Positions 1 to 11,778 of a DNA stretch of 64,000 nt are shown one piece after another. The position numbers and the translations under genes were made by a program. Within the stretch, counting starts at the first letter, position 1. Every line of letters begins with the position of its first letter. The DNA is from Malacoraja senta (taxonomy: Eukaryota). The notes below the pieces were generated by a model. That model made no database searches. It was given only the letters and a program-made list of their open reading frames with translations, and had not been told where the DNA came from. The DNA is taken from positions 6,450,001 to 6,514,000 of the forward strand of contig CM075990.1 in NCBI GenBank assembly GCA_038087875.1. Reading direction: 5' to 3'.

Positions 1-401
1 TATCCCAAAGGTCTCCGCGAATAGTTTTATGTTTCAGAACTTAATCCCCCAGTCAGGTTTTCTGCCCCGTCTCAGCCTCCAGCTCCTTCATCTGGCGCCT
101 ATCTCGCATCTCCTAGCTCAATCGCTTGTTTGCCTTGGCTGTATCGACGCTTCCCTGGCTAATTGCTGTTTTAATTCAAGCCCTTGAAGATTCGCTTCCC
201 CGGAGGGTTGAAGACCCGAAGCCAAAGCTTTTATGACGCGTGGACAGAATTGGCAACAATTTAAGAATTCGCTTACCGTTGCCCAATGCTCCCTGATATG
301 TGGATTTGTGTCTGTTACTCAAGATTATTGCCCTGTCGTCTAAATTGGAGAATATCTGTTAGAATTAAATTTCCAATAAAACTTTAACACTTTTTCCCCC
401 A

Positions 402-770
402 AGTCATGGAGTAATAGGAGTAATACAGTAAGGAAACAGGCCCTTCAGCCCAACTTGCCCACACTGCCCAACATGCCCCATCTACACTAGTCCCACCTGC
501 CCATATCCATCCAAACATGTCCTATCCATGTCCCTGGCTAATTGTTTCTTAAGCGTTGCAATGGTCCCTACCTCAAATACCTCTTCTGACAGCACCTTCC
601 ACACATCCACCACCCTTTGTGTGTAACAGTCACCCCCAGATTCATATTAAATCTTTCCCCCTTCACCTTCACCTATGTCCTCTGGTTCTTGAATCCCCTA
701 CTCTGGGCAAGAGACTCTGTGTGTCTACCTGAACTATTCCTCTCATGATTTTATACACCTCCACAAGATC
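402..770 (-). mobile_element. CR1/HER1-type LINE 3' fragment
   Basis: The reverse complement gives the CR1 ORF2 C-terminus/3'UTR (RTRGH...FTQRVV..WK.L) and the tail gggctgaagggcctgtttcc shared with the SINEs. Near-identical to 21878-22350. Confidence 0.85.
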
Positions 771-1104
771 AAATGTATGAAGAAAAAATGTTTCCCTCCA
801 AGCAGCTATTTGAGCCTTTAATTGGACAGTTCATGCGAATGACAAAACAGTATATTTTGTAGTGATAGTTTGTTGGGTGATTTACCAGAGATGTTTGATC
901 TTTGACTGGAGGGTTAACTGCATGAGAGTTGTCTTGGAGAATCCATCTCATGTATCAGGCCAGAGCCTCAGAACACAAAATACATCCCATTGCGCACTGG
1001 ATTGAGAAATGCAGTTAAAACATTGGAGTATTCATTATTATTATGCTTGGCTGCTGCACACTGGGGAGGTAAACGCATTGGTGTTTTTGCTAATGGAGTC
1101 ACCA

Positions 1105-1320
1105 GGAACTGCAGATGCTGGAATCTAGAGCCAAAAAAATACAAAGTGATGGAGGGACTCAGAGGGTCCAGCGACATCGGTGGAGGGAATGGACAGACGA
1201 TATTTCCATCTGAGACACGAATTGCGATCAGTCTGATGAAACAACCCGAAATGTCGTCTGTGCATTTCCTCCACAGATGCTGCCTGACCTATTGAGTTCC
1301 TCCAGCACTTTGTGTTTTGC
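1105..1320. mobile_element. Diverged fold-back PLE terminal repeat (inverted pair) with a degenerate hammerhead motif
   Basis: An arm aggaactgcagatgctgg... is followed by gtctgatgaaacaacccgaaatgtc...agatgctgcctgacc...ccagcactttgtg in the opposite orientation. Confidence 0.75.
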
Positions 1321-2084
1321 TTAGTGTATTTCTTAAGAACACTTTCACAAATAATTCTGTGAATTGTTTTATTAGTTCCCTTCCCAACAACAATTGAACA
1401 CTCTGAACTCCAACTAAATTCTGAACTGCAAACTGTCTGCGTTGCACTAGGGACTTTGGCCTTTGTTTTGTTTTGCACTATATTGGGTTTTTAAATGTCT
1501 TGAACTTAGCTTTTTTCATTTGTTTATTATATTATCTATTGAGTACGGTGTTTACAAACCTGTTATGCTGCTGGAAGTAAGATTTACATTTTTCCATTTC
1601 ATGACATATGACATATAACATAAGGCTGTTGATGGTCGATGTTGTCTTGAAAGGACATGAAATGTAAACTTTTCTTCTTCCTGCACAGTTGCTGCCTGAC
1701 CTGTTGGGCATTTCCAGCATATATTCTTTCACTTTGGACTTCAGGAAATATTTGTCTGGATTAGGATTCTTTCACCTTTTTTATGACTTCCTCGAGCGTA
1801 TCACAACCCACAGCCTCTCAGTCTGTAATGACTGCGGCCAATTTCTGAATCCAAAACCACATAAAGGTAAGCACTTTACCAGTAGAGATGGAACCAGGGC
1901 GTCACAAATAACATACACCAATGACTGACCTGACTTTCAAGTTTCTGTTCAAGACCATAACTCTCTAGATTACCATTAGATATCTTTTGGGTATTGGATT
2001 GCTGACTTTCTTATAGAGATTGAATCCAGTGCTAAATATTCACCATCAGACATCAACCCCTTACTCGGAAATGTCCTGGATAAG

Positions 2085-2585
2085 CTTCAATTTACCCATC
2101 GCCACAACAGGTCAACAACAGATGCTATCGCTCTGTGCTTGACAAATATAGTGAAATATAATACATACATCAAGATGCTGTTCATCGACTATAGATCAAC
2201 GTTCAACATAATCATTCTCTTCGATCTCATCACCAAGCTTCAAGACCTGAGCCTCTGTACCTCCCTTTGCTATTGATTCCTTGACAACCTGAATGGCAGA
2301 CCTCAATCAGTGCTGATTGGTAACACTTCCTCCTCATAGACATCAGTCTGAGAAGGGTCTCGACCTGAAACGTCCTGCTGAGTTACTCCAGCATTTTGTG
2401 TCTATCCTCCTCACTGACCTTTAACGCGGGTACACCTCAAGCCAGCTTAGTCCCCTGCTCTAATCTCTATACACCCACGACTGTGTGGTCAAGTACAACT
2501 TCAATGCCACGTTTATATTCACTGCTAACTCTTCTGTTGTTGCCCGAATCAGTGGTGGGGATGAGTCAGTGTAATGGAGAGAAAT
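2085..2585 (+). mobile_element. Rex1/Babar LINE reverse-transcriptase relic, interrupted by a PLE terminal repeat at 2337-2404
   Basis: Translates to QFTHRHNRSTTDAIAL...TYIKMLFIDYRSTFNII...GTPQ, typical Rex1 RT motifs, with frameshifts. The insert is flanked by a tcctcctca duplication (2328-2336 / 2405-2413). Confidence 0.8.
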
Positions 2586-3684
2586 AGAACACCTATACAT
2601 AGGAAGGAACTGCAGATGTTGCTTTATACAGAAGATAAACTCCAAATGCTGGAGTAATTTAGGGGTCAGGCAGCATCTCTGGTGAAAATGGAATAGGTTT
2701 CCTGTTGTGAGTGGTGCCGCAACACCAAAATCATTCAGGATTTAAGACATTAGTTTAGTTTAGTTTTGTTTAGAGATACATTATAGAATGCAAATGAGAA
2801 TATTTTCACTCATGTGTCCACACTAGCCTGTAAATAAATATCTAGCCTAATCCCACTTCCTAACTCCAGATTTAAGTGCTCACCCAAATTCCTTTGAGTT
2901 TTGTGTAATGTAGATGAATAGGCCACGAATGAAGTTTAATTCTCGAGCTTGAGGAAAGTATCAGAAAACTACATTCATTACTCCTGGCACTGTTGCCAGG
3001 ATTCATGCCCACCCTTCAGCAACCTCTAGTGATTTGGGATGAATACAAAGAATGACTTGCTTCTGTGGTATAGGTGCCGGAACATACAGACATATAAAAA
3101 CTACAGACATGAAGAGATCTATTTGTCCTTATAACAGCTTGTGCTATTGGCCTGGTGGACAGAATACTGTGAGTAGCCATTTTCCATTTGAGCTTGAACA
3201 AATGGAAAAGCAAAGACCAGGCAAATATGCAGTACCATTAAAGAGGGGAAATACACCAGAAAATTCCTTTCCGATCACTCATGCGATCAAAACTACCTTT
3301 TGGTAAATTCACAGATATTCTCTTAGTGATGTAATCTCCTTGCCAGTAAAAAATTCTTCCAGGTCCCTCTTGAAGTTCAAGAGTCAAGACCTTGCAAATT
3401 GCTGTTGGACATTGAAGAGGCTTACAACTGTTTGGAAGATGAAGGGTATCTAAAACCCACTATCCTGTGGCTGCCCAGGATAAAGCTGTAATCCACATTC
3501 ACTTAATTTGCATTCACTTCATTGTAAAATTCACACCATTACAAAGTGATTCCCTTAATTATTCTAATTACAATTATCATTACATTAATATCACCTGTGT
3601 CTACCTTTGCCTCAACACATCTCATCTTGTTTTGGACCATCAGCCATTCTTCATTGCATCTGGACTTAGACCCAACACAGACCT

Positions 3685-4022
3685 GGATAGACACAACATG
3701 CTGGAATAACTCAGCGGTGCAGGCAGCATCTATGGAGAAAAATAATAGGTGACATTTTGGGTTGGAACTGGAGGTGAGAACAGGGCAGAACAAATCAGGG
3801 CCAGTAACAGATGACCTCAGGAATGATGGCCCATAATGTCCCATAATGGCCCATTGTTGGCTGGGGAAGGGATGTTGGCTGACAAGAGGGATACAAGGAT
3901 GGCAACAGTGGAATGTGGGCGGGGGAAGGAAGGGGGAGGAGAGGGGAGGGGAGGGGAGGGGAGGGGAGGGGAATGCAGGAGTTGCTTGAAATCAATGTTC
4001 ATACATTTGGGTTGTAAACTGC
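3685..4022 (-). mobile_element. Penelope-like element 3' end (GIY-YIG C-terminus, pyrimidine-rich UTR, terminal repeat)
   Basis: The minus strand reads SLQPKCMNIDFK (compare GSLHPSGMNIDFS in the 19226-19687 copy), then a (CCCCT)n UTR and the PLE terminal repeat. Confidence 0.8.
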
Positions 4023-4024
4023 TT

Positions 4025-4380
4025 CCTGTCCTTTACAATCCTCTGCAATCTGTCCTCCTTATCCAGTCCCATGCAACCACTACCTCCATGCGTGTTAACC
4101 TACACTCGCTCCTGGTTAAGCAACATGACCATTTGAATATTTTCATCCTTGTTCTCAAGTCTCAGAAGACTTTGGGTTTCTGTTATCTGTAATCTCTTCT
4201 TGCAAGATATCTGGGACCCCTTCCTAACTTTGGCCATTCCATCACTGGAGCCTTCAGCTGCTAAAGCCCTAAACTCTTCTACCTGTTCACCTCTCTTTCT
4301 TCCTGTGTGAAACTCCTTAAAATCTAGGTTACTGGTTGAGTTCTTGGTCATCAGCTTGGTGTTAAACTCTGTGTAAGGTC
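4025..4380 (+). mobile_element. L2-type LINE 3' relic
   Basis: Degenerate NLHSLLVKQHDHLNIFILVLKS resembles the L2 ORF2 C-terminal LHWLPV..RI.FKIL.LVFK motif. Confidence 0.55.
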
Positions 4381-4417
4381 AGAACTGTCTTATTTGTTTA
4401 AAGATTAAAGAATATTT

Positions 4418-4723
4418 GGGCAGCCACAGTGGCGCAGTGGTAGAGTTACTGCCTTACAGCGCTTGCAGTGCCGGAGACCTGGGTTCGATCCCAACTACGG
4501 GTGCTGTCCTTGCGGGGTTTGCACAACCCCCCCCCCCCCCCCCCCCGTGACCTGCGTGGGTTTTCTCCGAGATCTTCGGTTTCCTCCCACACTCTAAAGA
4601 CACACAGGTTTGTAGGTAAATTGGCTTGTTGTATGTTTAAATTGTTCCTCGTGTGTGTAGGGTAGTGTTAATGTGTGGTCTGTTTCTGCGCTGTATCTCT
4701 AAACTAAATTGAACTAAACTAAA
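4418..4723 (+). mobile_element. HE1-type tRNA-derived V-SINE
   Basis: A box tggcgcagtgg, B box gggttcgatcc, V-domain ...gtgggttttctccg...tttcctcccacact, CR1-like tail ending in (ctaaa)n. Confidence 0.9.
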
Positions 4724-5224
4724 ATCGAAGTTGCTGTTGGCACATATCTTAACACTGTTGTCCTTCTGGAAAATAAAAATAAACACAGAGAATTAAATGA
4801 ATACATTTGCTTTTACTCACCCATTTTTTTGTAGTTGTTTTAGCTTTATGCAATGTGTGTTTGAGTGTTTGCTCACTAACATGGAGTAATGGTGGCCGTG
4901 TGGGGAGGGCAGAATTAGTTATTAACCCTGGCACCATAAGGATGCTGAGCCCAGATTAGGCTGAGTTGTGCTGTTGGGGCAATATAACAGTACACTTACT
5001 CTTCAGACTCTTTATGCACTCTCCCATCTGTCATTCGGAGTGCTTTATGCTTACACTGTATACCTCAGTTGAAAGAAAAAAATCCATCCTTGATGTGGAT
5101 AAGAAATGGAAAAAAAGCACATTTGCTTGGGAGTGAATTGCTCATCATTGTAAGACAAATTAATCAGTTAAGAACATATAGAAAGTAAAAAATGCCATCC
5201 AAAATGTTTCACATGGAAGTTTAG

Positions 5225-5430
5225 AAACAAGAAACTGCAGATGCTAGTTTACAAAAGAAGACACAAAGTGCTGGAGTTGCTCTTCATCTCCAGCAACATC
5301 TCTGGAGAACATGGATAGATGACGTTTTGGGTCGGGACACTGTTTGAAGAGTCCCGATTCGAAACGTCACCTATCCATATTCTCCAGAGATGCTGCCTGA
5401 CCCGCTGGGTTACTCCAGCATTTTGAGTCT
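5225..5430. mobile_element. Fold-back PLE terminal repeat (inverted pair)
   Basis: Two oppositely oriented arms of the PLE terminal repeat, with gaaacgtc retained at about 5361. Confidence 0.8.
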
Positions 5431-5517
5431 TCACACGGCAGTCTCCTTGCCTTCTTCATTCTAGACTACAAGAGTAACAGATGCAGTTGGTGAAATATCT
5501 GTTATCAAAGGTAATAG

Positions 5518-5850
5518 ACGTGTGAAAACGCACACCTCCAGATTCAGGGATAATTTCTGTTATCGGGCAACTGAACCATCTGACCAACAGCTAGAGAGCA
5601 GTCCTGATCTACTATTTACCTCTTTGGAGACCCTTGGACTATCTTTGATTGGACTTTCCTGGCTTTATCTTATCTTCTATGATTATCTTCTATCTTACTA
5701 TGATATCTTCACGTTATCATGTGCATTGTGTGCACTGTGGATGGCTCGATTGTAATCATGTATTGTCTTTCCATTGACTAGTTAGCACACAACAAAAGCT
5801 TTTCACTGTACCTCAGTACACGGGACAATAAACTAAAGTCAAACTCAAAC
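5518..5850 (+). mobile_element. Rex1/Babar-type LINE 3' end
   Basis: Reads KTHTSRFRDNF, then the tail aaaagcttttcactgtacctc.gtacac..gacaataaactaaa. The same family occurs reversed at 42070-42305, 44720-45130, 51370-51550 and 60735-60860. Confidence 0.7.
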
Positions 5851-6420
5851 TTATGTCACCTTCATGTGTAAAGGATTGTAGAGATTTACCGGAAATCGGA
5901 GCCTTGAATTTAAATCTTTAATTTGATTTGTCATTCAGGTAACTGGGTTGTTGTGCCATACACTGTCCAATCTTATTTATGGAGAAGCATTTTGTTATTG
6001 ACCTAAGTCTATTACATACATTTAATGTATCTTTACCCATGAAGATAGTATAATGATGTTATATTGTTATGGCCAAGTTACTTTGGGACTATTTTATTTA
6101 CAAGACTTACATTTGAGAGACATGCTCCTCTTCTGCATGTCTTATATTGATAGACCAACAGGGGGAGGTCTTTGAGTTTAGTATTCAGATGTCTTGAGCA
6201 AGAATTTGGTTTTGATCTATAATGTGGAGTAACCTTATTGATTTTATTCAGATATAAATTGGGTTCTTTAGTCATCTAATGATTTTGTGATTGGGGGCTT
6301 GTGGAATAGATATATGATTTCCTCTTGATTACTTAACCCCAATTCAGTCAGTAGCGTTCTGTCATCATGGGTCCACATGATGACAGAAACATTACCATCA
6401 AGCCTATGTTGACTCGCCCG

Positions 6421-6540
6421 TAAGGGAGTGGTGCATTGTCAGAGGTAGAGTGTTGCAGATGGAACATTGAAGCAAAACCCCTTATGGTCTCACAGTTAGA
6501 TGCAAAACAGCCCACGGATTTGGTATGAAGAAGTGCAGTC
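6421..6540 (+). mobile_element. Deu-domain SINE relic (SacSINE1/AmnSINE-like)
   Basis: agggagtggtgcattgtcagaggt...cagatggaacattgaagc...gaagaagtgcag resembles the DeuSINE central domain as recalled. Not aligned to a consensus. Confidence 0.55.
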
Positions 6541-6561
6541 AAGACTTAATCATTCCACCAA

Positions 6562-6769
6562 AGGACACAACATGCCGGAGTAACTCAGTAGGTCCGGCAT
6601 CATCTCCGGAGAACATGGATAAGTGACGTTTCAGGTTGAGACCCTTCTTCAGACCCATTCTCGATCCAAAACATTACCTTTCCAGAGATGCTGCCGGACC
6701 TGCTGAGATCCTCCAGCACTTTGTGTCTTTTTGTGTAATGACCAGCAACTGCAGTTCCTTGTTTCTACC
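6562..6769. mobile_element. Fold-back PLE terminal-repeat insertion with 15 bp TSD
   Basis: taatcattccaccaa at 6547-6561 and 6770-6784 flanks two inverted arms. Hammerhead motif on the minus strand at about 6625-6652. Confidence 0.9.
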
Positions 6770-7513
6770 TAATCATTCCACCAACTGCAATAACTCAAGT
6801 CACACTATCATTTTCATTGAAATTTAGTTTGTTGGCCCATGCTGTGTACTTCATTACTCTGGGAAGTCCTGAGGTCATGACAGTGGCTAAATTAATCAGG
6901 TTTTTTTGATGACATAATCCCCAAGAAGATGATAAGGAACCGAAAGGGAAGTGTGCACTGTCCTGCTGAGACAGATCGCGAGGGGTCCCAAGATTATTGC
7001 AGCTTTTGCATTCGAACCTGTAGATCAACATTAGCTGAAAAATCTCACGGATGTTATAACAAAGAAGTTTGGATGATCTGATCAATATTTTGCTAAACAA
7101 TCAAAATAAAATAAATGCACTGCAGTATGAGTTTAGCATGAGGATGTCCTACACATGTAAATACTATACAGCAAGCTTAATTGATAATCTTCATGAGCAA
7201 CAAGATTATTTCTTATCTATCCTTACCACCAAGGAGGCCATTCAGCCCACTGATTCAGTGCTGGGTTTCAAAGCATTTGCACTTATTTCCCAGTAACATT
7301 CTCTCTCTTTTGCCCATCAATTTACTTGCACTAGGGGCAATTTACAGTAGGCCCATCACACAGTATGTCTTTGCGATGTGGCAGGAAATCAGAGCTCCTG
7401 AGGGAAACCCACGCGGTCACCGGGAGAACGTGCAAACTCCACACAGAATGCTCCCAAGATCAGGATTGCATCTAGGACACTCAAACAGCGAGGTGGCATC
7501 ACTACCAGCATTA

Positions 7514-7646
7514 GTGTGTAGGAATGAACCGCAGATGCTGGTTTAAACCTAAGATAGACACAAAATGCTGGAGTAGCTCAGCGGGACAGGAAGCATCTCT
7601 GGAGAGAAGGAATGGGTGACGTTTCGGGTCGAGACCCTTCTTCAGT
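7514..7646 (-). mobile_element. Solo PLE terminal repeat with intact minimal hammerhead motif
   Basis: gacgtttcgggtcgagacccttcttcag at 7618-7645. Flanks taccagcatta / taccaacatta form an imperfect TSD. Confidence 0.85.
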
Positions 7647-7789
7647 ACCAACATTAAGACAGATGTAGGACATCCTTCTGCATCAATGAGTCTTTGGATA
7701 CAAATCTTCACAAACCTATTACCACAAAAAAATTAAATCCTGAGTCACATGAAGTATTGGGATAAATGAGCAAAATGCCTGCCTGAGGC

Positions 7790-8025
7790 ATAGAATTTTA
7801 GTGTGAGAGGTGAGGTCGAGATTCTGAAATGAGCTGCAAGAATAGGTGGTACAGGCAGATACAATGATAACATTTCCAAGGGATTTGGACAGGCATTTGG
7901 ATGAGAATGTCATATAAGGAAATGAGTCTAATGCAGGCAATTGGGATGAGTGTAGATACACATGGGGGTGCATGTCGCTGAGGTGGGCTGAGAGGGTCTG
8001 TTGCTGTGCGGTACGATTCTATGCT
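7790..8025 (+). mobile_element. Old CR1 LINE 3' relic
   Basis: gagctgcaagaataggtggtacaggcagatacaat...ttggacaggc...gggctgagagggtctgttgctgtg matches the CR1 tails elsewhere in the window. Confidence 0.7.
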
Positions 8026-9889
8026 TTGGAGAAAATTCTGGTGGGAATTCTAGATTTTAGTGAGTAAGATGCTACAGACAAGAGTACAGAGATGGAGGAC
8101 AGTGTAGAGGTAGGAATGGTTCAGGGGTGCAGGAGATAGGCAGGTTGAGGCAATGGAGGGATGTGAGAACAAGGATAAGACTTGCGTATCAACGGGCTAC
8201 TGGAATGGTGAATGTAGAAAACATTAGTTTAATTGAGGGGCCAAACAAAAGTTGTCATCATGCAAGCTTGAATCTAGGTTCAGACATTTCCCAGATGAAA
8301 TTTTAAATCTACAAATTGCTGGGTTTAGAGATGATTTTTATTTCCTCAACTGTAAACCTCAGATTATTATTTTACATTAAAGAAACTCTTGCTCTGCTGC
8401 GTTTTGTAGTGGAATACAATATGTTTCCAAGCGTAAATGTTGCTGAAAGTTTCATACAAAAAAGTATTGTAAACTTCCAGTATGCACAATATGCTTGTGC
8501 ATATGTCGCTTCATAAACTTTATCCTTCAGCATAATGACTGGTGGGAGTTACAATTAGATAAGTGTCATAATTGCATGCGGTTTATGAAGTATTTTGGCA
8601 ATGACAAGGTAAAATAGCGTTTTGTGGCTATTTAAGAATATTGCTGTACTAACTGATGTATCCCAGATGGATGGCAAATTGTGCCAGTTTTATGTAGTAC
8701 CATAGTACAATTGTGGTTTAGCTTACTATAGAGGATTAGCTAAGTCATTAGCAGCACCAGCAGCGGTTGTAAATACGTCAATTAACACAAGTGGACTAAG
8801 CTCAATATTAATAAATGCAACACTTTTTTTAAAATCATTCGAGTTCTCCCTGAGTTTACAACAGAAAGAAACCCGAAGGGTCGATCCCAGTATCTGTCAC
8901 TGCAGCCTCTAGTTTCAATGGAAAAAAAGTGCTTCTTAATTAAAGTTTTGGTAAACTTCTCTTTGGGAATTATCCAGGGCGCCTTTTGTTTGATGCTTTG
9001 ATTTTATTCACAGCTTTATATACATGACCTCCAGGAGAGCAGTATGTTGACCTTGCCTATTTTTGTTTTCTTGTCTGCAGTACTTTTACACAATGCTGCT
9101 CCTGTGATAAGAAGGCAGCAGACAGCAGGGGATTGCTACAAGCTGGGATACTTAGGTCACCATCCATTTGCTGCTTTCTCCCCTACAATTCAGTTGAAAT
9201 CTCCATTCACATAATGTACTTGTCTGAGCCTCAAACCAGTGCAGTAAACCCCTGGCCCTTGATACTTTGACATTGTTACTGGCGAATCGAGGAATAAATC
9301 AAGGATAGCTAATATTTCTTGCTCTATTTTATTGCTGAGCTGCGGGAAAGCAAAGTCATTAAGCTGTATTGCTTTGATTCCTTTATGCTACCGAGATGAT
9401 GAAATAATAAGCGGGTAGAGAAGGAATTCAAATTAGCTCTGAGTCACATAATTCCTCCATTCTGTATATGGTTAATCAACAGCATTTCTTCCGTAGCTTA
9501 AATAGAGAGCTATGCAATTACTGTTCAAGCAGAATATCATTGGTATTCGGAATACATTTGGTTGCTTGTGGAGGCTTCAGTGTTCGACTTAAGCTCCTCC
9601 TTTCAATCTCGGTGGAGTTCCGTGCTGCGAGTTTTATAACCCAAGAGCTTGCGTTAATTGGGAAAATATATTTTATTTCCCCCAGTAAGAGAATTTTAAA
9701 GTTGCAGCCCTCGTTTAGGTGTTTCTGTACTGTAGGAGGAATGAAGGCAACAGAGCTATAAAATTATATATAATGGAAGGCCATTCAGCCCACGGTACCC
9801 ATGGCAGTTCCTTGGAGAAGCTGTGAAATGAGTTCCTATTCCTTCATGGAGCTTCTTCTATTTGCTTTGCATTTTTCACATGCATATCC

Positions 9890-10035
9890 AGGGATACACT
9901 TGCATTTATGCAGCATCTTTTACGATCTGAAATCAAATGGGTTTACAGCCCCCATAGTGCCTTTGAAACGTAACTCCGCTAGTAATGTACGACATGTAGC
10001 AGGGAATTTGAACACAGCGAGATCCCACAAACATA
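9890..10035 (-). mobile_element. Deu-domain SINE 3' relic
   Basis: The reverse complement tgtttgtgggatctcgctgtgttcaaatt...acattactag...ttcaaagg...ggctgtaaa resembles the DeuSINE 3' part. Confidence 0.5.
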
Positions 10036-10301
10036 AAGAACAGGTGGAGCTCTAGCTGTCTACAAAAAGGAAACAGCACTTGCCTGCCATTCCTCTATCC
10101 ATTAGATCTACAAATACCTGTTAGATTTTCATGGGACAACTTCCTACATGAAACAGGTTCTATCAAAATGGGCAAAGGTTGTGCAGACAATGGGAGTGTG
10201 TGGTGGGAACTGTGGTCATCAAGTTATGAAGCCACACACCATGGAAACAGGCTCTTCAACCCACTGAGCCTACGCTATCAAGCACCCTTTTTTAACTCTA
10301 A

Positions 10302-11568
10302 AGGGGCTGTCCCACTGCGGTGACCTAATTAGCCAGTTTAGAAGAGTTTAGGAGAGTTTGAAAAAATGTGTTATTGAAGACCTCCTTTGACTATGTTGAA
10401 GACTAGCTTCGACTCGCTTCGGGAAAATTGGACACCGAATAGTGGAGAGTGAAGATGACCTCCTTCGATCTCCTTCGACCTCCCTTCGACTATGTTGAAG
10501 ACCAGGGGCTGAAATCCCGGGGGGGGGGGGAGAGGGGACACGTCCCCCCTCTGTTTTGAGAGGTGGGGGACATCCCCCCCAAGTTTTTGTAATCCGGATT
10601 TTAAAACCGGGTGAAATCTCCGCTATCCGTGAGACAGTGGGTGTGGGACTGATGATCGAGGGCGCCGATTGGATGAGAGAGACATCGGTCAGCAGGCAAT
10701 GGGGGCGGGACATGATGATTCAGCGCGATCATTGGAGGAGAGAGGAGTAAGGGGGGAGGGGGGTGGGATTGAGGATAGAGCGCGGTGATTGGGGGAGGGA
10801 GACGTGGCACAGACCTGCGCCTCATCCGCAGCCAGGATTGATCCCGGCTGGGTCTCCGGCGCTGTCCCGAGTGCATCTCCCCCGCCCGGGGGTGGCCAGA
10901 GACGTCGGGAGTCCAACGGGAGCTGTACCTCCAGGCCCACAGCCAGCGCAGAGAAGCAGCGCAAAACCCAGCTCACTCTGCCTGTCCCGCCAGGTGAACC
11001 TACAGCCCTTCCTGGACTTGCGGGAAATATGGCCAGCGTGGAGAAGCAGCGCTGGTGTCCCATCAGTCCAGGCAGGGCTGTAGGTTAACCCGGCGAGACA
11101 TGCAAAGTTGTGCTGCATTTAGTGCTGGATTGAGCCTCTGAAGCCTCGTGAGTGTGTGCATGCGCGTGCGGCCGCCAAGAAATTGTGTCCCCCCCGTCCC
11201 CCGGTCCCCTCCATATTTTGATAGCGATTTCCGTGCCTGTTGAAGACTATCTATGACTACCTTTGACTACCCTCGATTACCTACAAATAACATGCCGACC
11301 TACTACGACCTACTTTGACTAAACCAACAGGTTAAAAAAAGTATCGTTTTTTTCCATGGCGATCTTTTTTTTACTCGCGGGCATTTTTCAACATGTTGAA
11401 AAATACGCCGCGACCTAGCTGAGGCCTCGATTATGCGGGAACTACTCTCGGGCATGAAGGAGAGTTATAAAGAACTCCTAGGACCTCGTGTCAACCATGC
11501 TGCGAGTATGAGTCGAGGGCAAACTCTTCTGAACTTGCGGATTAGGTCGCCGCAGTGGGACAGCCCCT
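10302..11568. mobile_element. PIF/Harbinger-type non-autonomous DNA transposon (MITE)
   Basis: TIRs of about 48 bp (aggggctgtcccactgcggYgacctaat...agaagagttt). TAA TSD at 10299-10301 and 11569-11571. No ORF. Confidence 0.85.
10503..11239. mobile_element. hAT-type non-autonomous element nested in the Harbinger MITE
   Basis: Perfect 8 bp TSD ttgaagac (10495-10502 / 11240-11247), imperfect TIRs CAGG....GAAATC, subterminal GGGGAC repeats at both ends, GC/CpG-rich interior. Confidence 0.85.
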
Positions 11569-11778
11569 TAACTCCTTTCCTCATGTAAGATGGCGTAGCG
11601 GTAGAGCTATTACCTTACAGCGCCAGAGACCCGGGCTCGATCCTAGAGGACAGTTGCAGTTAGATGCCACCTCATTTTATTACTAAATTCATTTCCATGT
11701 CATCATCTCAAATTCCTCATAAAGGTCAACACTTGTAACACCACCTGTTCAATAAAGAGAAGAGAAGTTCTCTTCACC

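Noticed and set aside
4418..4500. tRNA-like sequences with A and B boxes (many copies)
   Set aside because: They are SINE heads continuing into the V-domain. No complete cloverleaf, so not tRNA genes.
10348..11118. Cluster of overlapping 60-124 aa ORFs in GC-rich DNA, suggestive of a CpG-island first exon
   Set aside because: Lies inside the nested hAT/Harbinger elements delimited by TSDs. The ORFs reflect stop-codon scarcity in GC-rich sequence.
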